Part shown: one piece after another, positions 38,863-51,742 of the stretch
Layout: every line of letters begins with the position of its first letter
Position numbering within the stretch: position 1 is the stretch's first letter
NCBI GenBank assembly: GCA_002633005.1
Contig: NMRA01000319.1
Location: 41,546-105,545, forward strand
From: Phoronis australis
Taxonomy: Eukaryota > Animalia > Phoronida
Length of the DNA: 64,000 nucleotides
Reading direction: 5' to 3'
Notes under the pieces: model-generated
The model's database searches: none
Told to the model about the DNA's origin: nothing
The model's input: the letters and a program-made list of their open reading frames with translations, nothing else
Program-made: the position numbers and the translations under genes

Positions 38863-39070
38863 CAGTATTAGTAGAAACATTAACAAAATTAGCAGTAGTA
38901 GTAACATTAACAGTAACAGTAATAACACTAGCAGTAGCAGTATCAGTAGCAGTAGCAGTAGTAGTAGAAGCAACAGTACCAGCAACAGTAGCCCCAGAAA
39001 CAACCATAGCAGTAGCAGTTTCAGCAATGGCAGTTACAGTAACAGTGACAGTTTTAGTATCTGTAGCTGT
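38380..39070. repeat. Degenerate (AGT/AGC/AAC)n trinucleotide tract with an internal duplication of about 180 bp
   Basis: caatagtggcaacaccaggaatagtagtagaaacactggcaacag occurs twice (about 38476 and 38659). It explains the Thr/Val/Leu-rich ORFs. Confidence 0.92.
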
Positions 39071-42000
39071 TCCAGTGGAGGAGATACCAGTAACCAAAGC
39101 ACTGGCCAATTCGATTTGAGATTTCAAGCTCAAAATTGTAAACGACTTGACGATAATACTTCGATTTACGATCGATTCAACAGATGGGTAATACGACTTT
39201 TAAATCTTCATTACCATACTCTGACTGTGGCATAGTAAGATGAAACAAACTCGTATGAGAAAATTGTCGCTACAAAGGAGAAGGTCACCGGGAGTTATCC
39301 CTCGTTATTGCCTTGCGAAAACAAACAGTGGCGTAAACCCCATGGTAAAATTCGGGAGAGTATTCCGGAATGCATTCCATTGGTTCGACTTGTGTGTTTC
39401 TTTTCAATGACAGGGTGATTCTGTGGAAGCGTCTCATGAAGAAACGATGAATTATCAGTCAAAAGGCAGTTATTTATAAGCCCCTAAGGAGGAGATTCTA
39501 CACTAGGGAATTAGAGAACGTCCTGAAATCGTAATTTCCGGTTGATAGCCACGAACGAAATAACTGCTATCAAGCTGGATGGCAAAGATTGCTCAATAAT
39601 ATTGGCTCAGTAATAAACTACAAGAAATCTCTGTACATTACGTGCTACCGTCACAATTGGCAAATTGTGCTTTAGTCGTAATGAACTACGTACACATTGC
39701 ATCCGTCTTAAGGGAAGCAGGTGTCATCTGACTAATTACTTCTTGTGGCAATTGTGATTTTCAATTAAGGTTAATTAGAATCGTATTGACGAGCCTACAC
39801 ACTGAACGAAATATTTGCAAAAACATGGACGTTTAGGTAAAATTAAATGTTTTCTGGAAGTAAAAAACCTGCAGATTTTTTTACAAATTCTTCATTAATA
39901 GGGTCACGTGGTCATACGTTTTTTAGTAAAATAAGAAAAGAGTATACGTACCAAAGCAACAAAGTCACTGATATAACTAATTTTTACCTTTTATACATAT
40001 CCAAGATGAAATCGCAAAAAGAGCTGTTACAGCTTTCAATGTAAAAAATCAAAACCCTATGTTCTATAGTCATTCCCTTCATTTTTTGTAGGATTTCAAT
40101 CAGTCAGGCGTTCAGTTCGTTATAATTACGAGTACACAGGTAGCGACTACTCGTATCCCACAAATCAACACTATGTGCAATAATGACTCGCATCGACGTT
40201 TTGAGTAGTAAATCTTTTGTTCAACACACATAACATAAAAGCTACTGTAGATTACCAAAGTGCACCTACAGGTACATGTATAACGAGTTTCCAGTTACCT
40301 CAAAACGATTACTGGGTGTTCTGAAGCAGGTCTCTCTGCAGATTTGACAAGTATAAAATTCATGTTTCCTACAAATTTTTGCCGTTCATTGTTAATTAAT
40401 TACAATTGGTCGTTTCAGGTCTTTGACTAACTAATCGATTGGATTTCTTGTTAAATCTAAATAAATCCAAATTATGTCAGCCAGTCGGCATATAAATACA
40501 ATGGTAGCTTTCGTAAAATGTCAAATCCATTTGTAAAGCATGTAAAGCAGGTGTAACTCGACGGTAATTTTTATACACTTTTTGAGGTCACTGTTACAAG
40601 AGTGGTAGTATAAATTTGTATTTATCAGTTTACGCATTTCATTCGTGCTTCATTGTTGCTGATTATGTAACTTTGACTGGTGATGAACGGATATTTTAAG
40701 AACTTAAGTTCGTTGTATACATCCATGCAGTCAACATTCCTGGCAATATTTCTAGCCAATGCTGTTGTTTTAATTTTTTTACTGAAACAGAAATGCATCT
40801 TTTAGAAAATTACAATTCCAATATTCACAATGACGCGGTGTTTCACTAGACTTATTTAACCTCAAAGCTAAATGAGACATCTCACACCCAATACTACGAT
40901 ATTAAAAAATGTAGATGCGAAGCACCACTAATTACACTTGCATACTTCAGAAAACTCATGAAAAAGCAGTTACAGAGGGCTTGTGGCAAGGCAATATTAC
41001 CGATACACGTAGATTAAAATAAAAATCAGCTGCGTGGGTGCCATAGGACACAGTGGGTACACTTGACTGACTTGTCTCCGATGGAAATTGGATTGGTTCT
41101 CGACGAAGATCTCCGGCGTGCATACCATGCCAGATGTCTCAACCAGTGGATCCAGCGAAACCGACGAAGTCAGACAAGTGCAGCCAATACAATGATTGAG
41201 GCGAAGATGAAAATCTCGAAAACTCGGGACGTATCGTAGATAATCTATACATCTAAATGTACATCTATATACTTTAAGTAAAAGTTGCATACGTGGACTG
41301 GTTCCCGAGGCTTGCTCTGCTCCTAAAATGAGTTAACTATGAGGTAGTGGTGAACGGAAATAGAGGACTAACTGTTCATCGGGTAATTCGTGACGAATTT
41401 TTGGACAGACAACGCGAACCAGGTGTCTGGTGTCCCATGATGTTACGCCTCTCTGTGGGAAGCATTTCTTTTCCCAACAGATCTGTGTGCTGCAAATATT
41501 CAAGAATACTACCGGTAGGGGCCGATAGAAAAGTGTCCAAAACCCAACAGAAGCGACTATCCTTGTGACTGCAAACACCTACATTTAGAAAAAGGGTCAT
41601 TTCGAACATACGATACACCATAGAAAATGAAATTCCAGTCTAAAACTTGGCAGCAGGGAAATGGTCACTGGAATTTCCTATTGATAATATGTCTCGTCCA
41701 ACTTTGACCTTGCAGGCAACAAATAGAATTTGTTCTGATTTCGTCAATAAAGTCAGCAAAACCTAAAAAATATAGCTTTTCTGAAGTTGATATTTGCATG
41801 GCTCGGATCTCGAGTAGCTGTCTTCCCCAAATAATTGCTAAGGGATTGTTTATTTTCACTACTCCAGACATTGGAGAAGGATTTTCAAATGCAGATGTCA
41901 ACTTACTGTTGAAGAGGCTGGGAAAAGTGTACAAGCTCAAACGCTTTGTACAGTTCCTCGCACTAATTATGGCGTATTTCGATGACGAAACATCAGATGC

Positions 42001-42982
42001 ACAGAATTCGTTTCGAGTACTTCAGTCCAAGGAACCCATCGATCTGGCGAACTGTTCCTGAACCTGTGATTTAAACTAATTTATTTTTAATAAATGACAT
42101 TATTATACCACACCCTCATGGTTTTCCTTAATGCCATTCATTTTTTTCTCTGCACAAAATATTAGACTTTTTATTTGATAAGATCTTTCATGTCTATAAC
42201 TAGGTGAGTTTTCATTATACACTGACGACGAACTTGTAATGGTTGCTGGTGTTCTATAAACATTGGAGTTATTCTATTGTATGACAAATGATCACAAGAA
42301 ACGTAATTGTCATTTTTATGTCTTTTCATTTTGTTTCCGTCCGATGTAGCTGAATCAATATGTTTTGAGCTCGTCTCAAGTGTATCAGTCTACCATGTAA
42401 CTGCGGTATTGTTTTCGTTGTTCTAGTAAGTTGCATTATATATAATTTGTATTATCACAGCCCCTTTGGGGCTCCCAGTTATAATAAACTGTTATCTTCG
42501 TAGGTATCAAGCATGAAAAAAGTATCAGCTGTTTCGAAGACCTGAAATCATCTCTTATTTGACTAAGGAATCGAGACCAATTCGTTTTTGTGTGGTGTCC
42601 GCTTAGCGTTACTTGTAGCGCATCACGCACAGCGTGACGTACATGTACTGGTACCAAAGGCAAGTTCCAAAGAGTTATTATTGAAACCAGGGTAAAGTTG
42701 AGTAATGCTAGGACGTACTTTAGGACATCGTTAGAGTTCTCATATAAAGTACAAGCCAAAACCTCACCTACCTCGCAAAGTCATGCTTTTTAGCGAGGTC
42801 CTAGCGTTACATGGAATTTGGACGATTCCTTCAATTTGCTTCACACAAAAGGGGCTCAGGCCACTAAGGCATGATGATGTAATGGATTTCAATTGGCAAT
42901 TGACTAAGCATGCAGTGTTGAGTAACTCCGTGGTCTCGATTGTGTTTGTGATGCACATGTAAGTGCGGGTTGACGTATCACT

Positions 42983-43220
42983 ATTTTTTTCTTTTTTTAT
43001 TAAGTGCAGGCAGTCTGTTACACGTCGTACGAGACGTGCTCAGGTGGGCCCATTACTCTGCTCACCTGGAACCATTTTTACGCTTAATGAGTATATACAA
43101 AACCGAGCTGTGGTGCTAGAGCCATGACTCAAGGGTCCAGCAGTGTGCACCAGTGGAACTCAAACCCACGACCTTCACTGTAGGAAGTTGCCACTCATCT
43201 CACTAGGATACACTGCCTCC
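42983..43220 (-). mobile_element. tRNA-derived SINE; shorter related fragment at about 54438-54510
   Basis: The minus strand reads ggcagtgtatcctagtg (A-box-like), ggtcgtgggtttgagttcc (B-box-like), cacactgctggacccttgag, and ends in an A-rich tail. Confidence 0.7.
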
Positions 43221-43667
43221 TCTCTATCGCTAATTTTTCACAAAACACGGCGGAGGCGTACTGTACCTAAACATTTTAAAACAGCTCATACGTGCACGCC
43301 CGTGTCAATAGGATAATAAATTATTTGTGAAGATGCTGTAAATCTTTGATTACTAGGTTTACTAAGTCAAAATCCTTGCGCAAAAGGTAACACTGGAAAA
43401 TGACGATAGCCACTTACTAAGTCCTAGAGCTCCGCTTCCTACATGTGCACTCCGTGTGCGTTCTGTTTCCAACATAAAAGCAGATTTGGTAATGAGACAA
43501 AATACACAAAAGCAGTTACTCAATCGCTGGACTGATTCGAAAAGCTAAATCACGACAGAGTTTCACCACGATTGTCACGCATTGTTTTTGAACTCCTTTT
43601 TAAAAAACACATGCACGTTGCCCATACAATTATTCTATTTCTATCTACAGTGCCTGGTTTATCTTAC

Positions 43668-43957
43668 CTCCTTTCCAAATAGCCAGCCAAAGCGCTGCCG
43701 ATCAATGTGCACACAGATTGCGATACAAACACCCAACCCATGACGTCCATACCAGTTTCAGTTTGGCAGCCTAAATCGAGAATAGTGGGGCCCAAGAACG
43801 AGACGCACAATCCGAAACCTCCAAATACTAAACAATAACTTGTGGTGGCTTGCCAGTTTTCTTTAAAAAGTCTCCTAAAACTCGTGATTTCGGTTTCCTT
43901 CTTGTCCTCTATGACGAACTGTTCTGGTTCCGTCTTTTCTTGGTTAGGTGTTTCCAT
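43668..43957 (-). CDS. MFSD4A: MFSD4A-like major facilitator superfamily transporter, coding exon 1; spliced CDS 1632 nt, about 543 aa
   Basis: METPNQEK...WQATTSYCLVFGGFGLCVSFLGPTILDLGCQT...WVFVSQSVCTLIGSALAG resembles the MFSD4A FGLC-x-x-FLGPT-x-LDL-x-CQT segment. Donor AG|gtaaga, phase 2. Confidence 0.9.
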
Positions 43958-44232
43958 TTTGGACCTAACAGAGCAGATGCGCACAGGATGTTAATCGCAA
44001 ATCTCCGTTAACTTGAAAACACGAGACCGGGAAACCAGCAGCTCAGATTATTGTTATTATATTTCACGCACAAACATAGCGGACGTTCGATCAATAACGG
44101 TACCACGACTAGTCTGAGAACCCACAAGGATGCGACAAGTAGGTCTACACTTGCATTAAAGTTGATCGTTCCTTTTCAAGGCATGTCGAAACGAGGCTCA
44201 GCGGTCAAAGATTTAATTCCAACAGGTGTGAC
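43958..44232 (-). other. MFSD4A: Probable 5' UTR part of the first coding exon of the MFSD4A-like gene
   Basis: A strong acceptor ttgtctgtttttgcttcag ends at 44233 on the minus strand, implying a further non-coding exon upstream that was not located. Confidence 0.4.
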
Positions 44233-44868
44233 CTGAAGCAAAAACAGACAATTATTGATTAACAAGGTAGCTTGCGCTAAGGTAATTATTTATTCGCAAG
44301 AGAGCGCAATTGATTTAGTTGGTTACGGCCACTTGGAGAAAATATATGTTGTTTGAATAGGTGCTTGTTAAAAATCCTTCTCAGATGCGCCGGCGTCGCG
44401 GTCATTAAAAGTTTATAGTTTCAAAATGCTCGAGACCTAAAGGAAACATTGCACGAATGGCTTGCCAGGTTTTAAGAGCAAATCAGCGTTACAGCTCTCA
44501 CTGTCTTAACTGTGAGCAACATGTGAGTAGCAAAATAATGCCAAAGAAAGCGAAGTCGCTTTTTGGCTTGTAATGTATCTATGGGTTTTTAAGCGTTACG
44601 TAGCGGAAATTTAGTAGAAAACAACTTCAACCCTTCGCAGCACGAAAAAATTCTCTGCCGTAATTCAGTACCTATTCCGCAAAAAAGGCAGACAATTTCA
44701 AAATTTTCCACTCAGAATTTCACGCATGGCTGTCAGGGAGTGTTCATCATCACCCGAGGGTGGAGGGGAAAAGATGATGATTTTTTACAGAAGGGAAAAG
44801 AGATGCCGGGGAGTAGTCCTACGGTGACGTCATAATCTGGTTTATTAGAATATCTCCATCACAATACA

Positions 44869-46237
44869 CAGGAGTGAGAAACAACATGACTGCCGGTCCT
44901 CTTAAATCAAACCGACTCACCCAAAACAGGACCTCCGGGGATCAAATGGGATCGTCGCACAAGAAAATGGGACTGATGCACCTAAAAACATGACCGCCCC
45001 ACCATAAAACAGGACCGCCGGGGACTGAACATGACCGCCGGGAATTGAAACCGCAGTGACAAACAAGATTTATTACCGGTAGGCCTACACAGATCATACA
45101 ATGGAGCTATATACGTATGCATGTGCAGGGCTCGTGCCGATTACTCCAACGAAATCTTATGTGCGCTACAGGACACTTCGCTTTGTAACTTGCGGCGCTT
45201 TTGAGTTTTAACCACAAACCAACCACGTTGCATGCTTTTGAGCTAAATAATTATACCTTTATCCACTGCGCAAATTTTAGAACAAAATGAAAATAGTTTC
45301 CTCCAATTTGACGTTTTAGTCACGAAAAAACGGGCGTTCTGGTTCTCGGGTGAAGCATCATAACTAGCCTTTGTGCGGCAAAGAAGTATACTAAATATAC
45401 AGCTCGGCGCCGATGTGGGTAAAACACTGAACATATAAAATCTTCACCGAATTAGTTACTAACAACACTCTTCCTTGAGCAAACTAAATTATTTTTCGGC
45501 GCTCGCCGAGAAAATTGTCGTTCTGTCGTTATTCTGCCGCTAAAAGTGAGATGCGTTCTATTAGGTCGGCTTACATTGACCAGATCCTTTTTTCACCGAT
45601 TCTTCAGTGAGCTCTTTTTTTCGTCTACGAGGTTGCGTACATGGCACAACAAATTATCGGAACTGGTTTCATTTCGTCATAAGTTTTTAGTATTTTAATA
45701 CCAGCAAACCGAATTTCTGAACAAATCGTGCTGCTGCGAAGTTGAGTCATCATCTTCCGAAAAATGTCACAAACTTTTATGAAATAGCGCGTGGTAATGT
45801 CACGAACGTGACACTAGGCAAACAAATGACGTTCATTAGATTGTTTTTCACTCAAGCGGCTGCAACCTGCAAGGTGAGTGTTGATTGACTCTGCATGCGC
45901 TTGCTCCGCTCGCTAGCTCTACATGATGTTGATATAAGTTTCACGACGTGGGAAATTTCGGGCATTTAACGGAGCTCAAGTTTATTTTGGCGAGTCTTAC
46001 GCAACTAGCTGACCGATTAAGTCATAACCCGTAGTATCATACAAAGGCCTTGATAACTACATTTTGTCCGGCGGTCATGTTCAGTCCCCAGCGGTCCTGT
46101 TTGCTGGTGGGGCGATCATGTTTTTAGGTGCGTCAGTCCTATTTTCTGGTGCGGCGGTCCCATTTGATCCCCGGTGGTCCTGTTTTAGGTGAGTCAGTCC
46201 GATTGAGAGGACCGGCGGCCATGTTGTTTCTCACCCG
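44869..46237. mobile_element. Non-autonomous DNA transposon, about 1.37 kb, with about 170-bp TIRs
   Basis: gtgagaaacaacatg...ggggactgaacatgaccgccgg (44874-45041) is the reverse complement of 46068-46234. Flanks acaataca/ttaataca may be a degenerate TSD. Confidence 0.85.
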
Positions 46238-49200
46238 TTAATACATATCGCTTCCAAGATTTGATCGTATTTCATTGCACGTACACAGACAAACGACACA
46301 CCAAGGCACTCCAACACTACCTAAATAGGAGGAGTTTCGGCTGTGATGGCGTAATTAGAGGCTGAGCAGTAGGGTTAAATCATGATGACGGAGTTTGACA
46401 GAGGGGAAGCGGTAAAAGTGGCAATTGGATGATGTGCGGTATTTTGTGAACGTTCCCTGAAAGGCCAGTTCGGGAATATTTTGCCTCAATTCCTAACTCT
46501 AACAATGGAGTTATTAAGTCAAATTTATATAGAATGGTAAAATTGACAAAATGACACAAAACTTTTCAGAAGGTGGTCGCAGCATGATCGAACTTCAGTC
46601 CTTCTTTCAAGGTCTCTGGTTCGGAAAGTATGTAACGTCAAAAATAATGAGCCTTGTAAACAAACATAAAAGTTAAATGACAAAAACAAGACGCTGTTCT
46701 TTATATATGATGACTTTTCGAAGTTACTCAATATCATCATCAAGTATAATACAGTCAGTACCCATATGTAATAAGATATAGAGATTAAAGAGTTCCCACC
46801 ATGCAATATCTTAGTTTTTTGAGGTTTCAGTTCAAATGAAAACCCTAAAATCTAACTACCTAAGCACTTTTTATGCCAAATAGTCGCGTTCTTTTTCAAT
46901 TTTGAAGATAAAATAATTATTTCCAAGTTTCCCGCCAAATGATGTTATAGCTGGAAGACGTTTGGTCACTTCAGTGACTAGTTGACCCAGAACAGGTGAT
47001 TGTGCAGAGGCATTTTCCTCAAAATTCCTCATGTTGGCTTGGTTCTGGTCAAGCGAAAACAGGTAAGTTTTTTTCACTACCAACCGCCGTGGAGAATTTT
47101 TTTAGTGTTTCTTTGAAGGGAGATATTGTTGGGCAGTTTCCAAGATACGTTTTCTTGCAGCCCTCAAAATGAGCGCTGCATACTTTATGCTACGAAGTCG
47201 GAAAGAATTCAGGAAGTCGGCCTTTGCTACCAGCTCTACCGATGTCTCTGACCCATGTTTATCGTACGCAGTTCTTGATCCTTGGGAAACAGGTAGAAAC
47301 TAAATTTTTTATGTCGATAACTGGTATTATAGCATGCCAGGCACACAACACGTATAACCTCCCTGTGGCCGGTTCGCCCCACGCTTGCCGACGTACTTGT
47401 TTACCGGCTTAACCACAATGCAACATTCTGACCCATTTCCAATATGGCGGCGTTGCAACTCCGCTATTGCAATGGCGGAACATAACAGATCAGAAGACGA
47501 GAATTGGACAATTATTGTGTAGACAGAGAGGAAAGTGGATAAGGGTATCACAATCAAGTACTTGAAGAATCAGATAATGAATTCGATTTCTCACTTAGCT
47601 AACTTTCATCAGCTTTGAGGCGCGTGAACTCGACCCACTTGAATGAGAAATGCTGCAAACATATGTGAGCCACAATCAACTGAACCATGGGGTTGTCAAT
47701 ATTCACAAAATAGACGGCATAGGCTAGAGTATACATTAATCACTCGTATTCACTATTGCCAATATGGAATGAACACGACCTGAACACAATGAGCCTACAT
47801 GTACGTATCGTAGCACTCAAATTGCTGTTACTAAAGCCTCCAAATACTCAGTCACCTTTTCAAGACCGAAAAAGGCGGCTCTCCACGGGCTTTCCACATA
47901 ACTCCTTGGTATCGCACTGGTAAAAACAACAACTGCGCGGAGACCGTCTTCCACCCAATACGACGACTTGTTTCTTAGCAACAGGTATACTAAAGACTAT
48001 TAAATCTCTTGAGATGTATTAATTCTTTTTGAGGCGACAGGTTCATTGTGGGAACTACTCATTATTGTGAATTTTGTTACTGGAAGGGAGTTCTTCGTAA
48101 TGTTTTGCTACAAAATCAAAACTGAAATTTATACGTATGCACCACTGTTTTATATGTTAGACAAAGGCTTTAGACAATGATACGAGACACCTTACAGCCA
48201 ATGCATTGTTTTTAAATATGTGATTTACTTGCTATGGTCAACTCACAGTTTCGACTGTTATGGAAATTACTGGCAGAAATTAGAAGTCACGTGACCTTGA
48301 CCTTGAACGATTTTATCAGTACATGTATATGTAACAAAAAATCAGAGCATTTTTACCATCACAACAAAGCAAATTCTATCATGAAATTCACTGAGATGTA
48401 CTCGCATGACAGTTATGTTAATTGTGACCTAATGATGTGCTGAAATCAGGGCTAATGAGGTAAAAAAACCATGTTGTCAAAATACCGCTTTATTCAAAAA
48501 CGTGCACACAAACCTGCCCTGTTTATTTCTCAAATCCAAGACGATTCTCTCAGTGCACTTTCGCAATACGAGGCAAAAGTTACTTCTGAAGTAGAAGCTA
48601 TCAATCAATCGGAGGTAAGCTCTGTTATCAGGGCTCGGTCACTGCCAAGGAGTCCTCTCCATTTTGCCGACGATCCTGCCGACCAAGACTTCCTTCAAGG
48701 TGCTTCTGTCTTTGGTTTACGCTGGCAGTTCAAGCTCCCAAAGCGTATTTCACTCGCTTACCTCTTTGTGACTTTCAATGGAGTCTCCCCTTTTCGACTG
48801 TTATTCATTGCCTGTTTCCGCATGTGAAGTTCAACATGAATGTATCTCCTCGCCCATTTAACAGAACGCCCGTTGAAATACAGTGCTGACCGAAAGTAGC
48901 TTCCTGTCGAACGCGTTTCGGCCTTAGTCAGGCCTCTGGTGATCCCCAACCGGAGTGAGGCCAGGCTTCGCCTAGACGCAGTCTGAACTCAGTTGGGTTG
49001 AGGCTCAACGTAAGACTGGCCTAGGCTAGACCTGGCGAGAGTAGAGTAGATGAGGGCGAAGCTCTCGGACAGCTTCGCAAGATCGGTGGATCTCGCCTTC
49101 TGTCCTTACTGTGGTTGGTTTGGACGTGGATCGAGGGCAGGACCTGGTAGGCTGGTGGTGGTAGAGGTATTGTTCATCTTCTTCTTCTGGAGACGAGACG

Positions 49201-49327
49201 CTGGCTGGATGGCAACAGCGTTATTGACATCTTAGGTGTGAAGGTGGCTTGATGGCAACAGCTTAGAGTTTGATTCGCATGGAGCCGGCTTATTAAGTTG
49301 GCAAATGAGCTGTCATGCTACCGATTG

Positions 49328-49625
49328 GTTGTCTTTATACTGCCCCGTCGGGATAGTTTTTCCCTTGTCTTTATACTGCCCCGTCGCCCCTTCGGAGCGC
49401 AGGGCCCGAACCATTAGTGCTCCGGTACATGGTTGTCACGAAATTTCGGTTGTCTTTATTCTGCCCCGTCGCCCCTTCGGAACAGTTACCAGTAGCGCAG
49501 GACCCGAACCCTTGATGCTCCGGTACATGGTTTTCACGAAAGTTCTGTTGTCTTTATACTGCCCCCGGCCGTCGGGACAGTTTTTACCATTTGAGCAGGG
49601 CCAAACCCTTAAGTGCTCCTGGAAT
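49328..49625. repeat. Complex tandem repeat with core ttgtctttatactgccccgtcg (x4, larger period about 85-95 bp)
   Basis: Core at about 49330, 49365, 49450 and 49548, with duplicated agcgcagg...ccgaacc...tgctccggtacatggtt blocks. Confidence 0.85.
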
Positions 49626-49694
49626 AGGCTTGTCACGGAAATGCGACTTAGTGTGGCTTCGCGGAGTGACTGTATTCCTGTCGGAGACAGTCTG

Positions 49695-50089
49695 GGCCCG
49701 GTCTCTAATCTTTGTACTCGAAACGAACTCGAAACTATTTTGGCAATTTCTCTGCTCCTTTTGTGCGAACTTAAGATAATTGGTTATCAGACTGTGCTCG
49801 GATACATTTATAGTTTATGCATAGGAGTTTCTAGTTCAAGTTTGCCCTTGAAGACCCTTATAGTTCGTGCTACAAACTGCGAGTAAAAACTCGAAATTTC
49901 GAGTTCAAACTCGAACTTATTGCTTTAATATTGGGTTTACAAACTGTGAACTAAGGGCAATAAATTATCTACGTAAGTGTATTCGAGCATAGAATAATAG
50001 ACACTTATCTTGAGTTCGCCCAAAAGTAGAGTAGAAAATGCTAAACCTAATTTCGAGTTCCATTTCGAATAAAAGATTGGAGACCGGCC
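49695..50089. mobile_element. Foldback MITE, PIF/Harbinger-like, inserted into a LINE fragment
   Basis: ggcccggtctctaatcttt...aaagattggagaccggcc, palindromic over most of its length. Flanks ctg/cgg are a degenerate 3-bp TSD. Confidence 0.8.
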
Positions 50090-50310
50090 CGGCATTCCGG
50101 CGAGCTCGTGTAATATGTCAGTTCGGGAATGTCTGGGCTGTCAATTCTCAGCGCCCAGTTTTGTACTCTCTGTAGTCCTTCGGTTGTGGAAGGAGCACAG
50201 GTTGAAATATCGATCGCGTCGTATTCGAATAGGGGTCTGATGAACATTTTGTAGATCAGTAGTAGGCAGTCGCTCCTAGCGCCCCACTCTGTGCCTAGGC
50301 TGGACCTCGG
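50090..50310 (-). mobile_element. LINE (I/Jockey group) fragment C-terminal to the RT domain
   Basis: GTEWGARSDCLLLIYKMFIRPLFEY...LQRVQNWALRI, then LHELAGM in a shifted frame, which is typical post-RT sequence. Confidence 0.8.
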
Positions 50311-51507
50311 ATACACTGCAGTTATAAGTCATTTAATGTCCGGGGGCTTACTCCTGTATATGCTAGCACTAACAGCTGAACCAGCACTCACGGTTTGATT
50401 TCCTCGAAGGTTCAATTTTTGTCATTGAGGTTGTGCTTTTGTGTCGACTATGTTATTTAATTACATTGAGTGCTAAGATTTTCGGGAGAGGAGTTAAATA
50501 AGACACCGCATTTGACAACGGGGATGCTCGCTAAATTGATGCCAAAATGGTGAAGAAGACACTGCGAGTGGCAAGACTATCGCACCAAACTATTCGCAAT
50601 GGTGAAGGGGGGAAGGGGGAAGACTGCAAGTGGTATGAATGCCTCGTAATTCTCTTCGGAGTTCGTGGTAGTGACTGGAGTATTCCCACAATTTTACAAT
50701 GCTGTAGTCCTACGTGACATCTTTCAGTAGTCCATGGGTCCATTTCTAAATTATGTCCTCGTTTATAGCTTACTGTTTTGTGATCATTGCACATTTTAAC
50801 ACCATATCAAAGTTGTACGCCGGGTTACGCAACAACTGCTTGTCAGATTTTACTGAATAAGTTTCAGTGAAAGGGCCATCAACATGCGACCTCGTTGTGC
50901 TGTTATTTTTAGTTACTCACAATGACGAGGTCCAATTGCCGGTTCAGCACTGAGCCCCGAGGCAATCTTCCCACAAAGGACCTAAGCCAATTAGGCACTG
51001 GTCCATGTAATCTGAAAGAATGTCACCGTCTTGCTCTCCTTAGAGGCTATACTAAACGATTAAGGATTATACCTATAATTTCACGTACGTTGGTCAAAAC
51101 ACAAAACAAACCTGTTTTCGTCAGATGAGAAGCCTTGCCTCACCTCGAAAAAATGCTTCGTTCGTAAATTACCAATAGTTTCGTGCTGGCAATAATAAAA
51201 ATACCATTTCGATGCGGCGAAAAATATTATAGTCGAGGATTTCATGGACTTGTTATAATTAAAGTGCACGTAGAATTGGTCAGTGGAAATGCAGTTTGAG
51301 GGTGGCGTTCACGTGTGCGTGTCCGCGTTACAAAACAGCAATTGCGGTCACAGTTGCTAAAGTCAACATATGAAGAGATTCAAAAGACCGAAAATTACCT
51401 TCCGTCAACTGCCATTATCTATTAAGCATTACGTAAATGGAAGATGTTTACTAACATACCTAAGGCAGTCGTTTTTATGAGGACGTGTGCGTCTACAGTA
51501 GTGTATA

Positions 51508-51742
51508 CAGTGGCAGATCTACGATTTCAGTAAGGGGGGGGTTTAGGATTCGAAAGAATCCGAGTTGCTTAGCGCCGAGGAGAAGGAAGGTCGCGAGAGG
51601 GTTTCCCTCCTCCCGTGTAAGATTTTTTGGGATTTTTAGTAGCTAATTTCGTTTTTCTGGCGATTTTTTTCCAGTTTTTATTTTTGATCCTGTCCTGAGG
51701 GGGGGTTTAAACCCCCTGAAACCCCCTGTAGATCCGTCTCTG
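51508..51742. mobile_element. MITE of CAGTGGC(A/G)GATC type, perfect 5-bp TSD gtata
   Basis: cagtggcagatctac...gtagatccgtctctg flanked by gtata on both sides. Confidence 0.8.

Noticed and set aside
38261-39133. 290-aa Thr/Ala/Val-rich mucin-like or antifreeze-like ORF and overlapping poly-Leu and poly-Val ORFs
   Set aside because: Produced by a trinucleotide tract that is open in several frames on both strands. It has a non-ATG start and lies in an intron whose flanking exons already join in phase.
48400-49260. Possible upstream MFSD4A exon (strong donor GAG|gtaagc near 48761) or LINE endonuclease start (IRFGSLNCQ)
   Set aside because: Only one short motif supports each reading and the frames are broken, so neither can be called.
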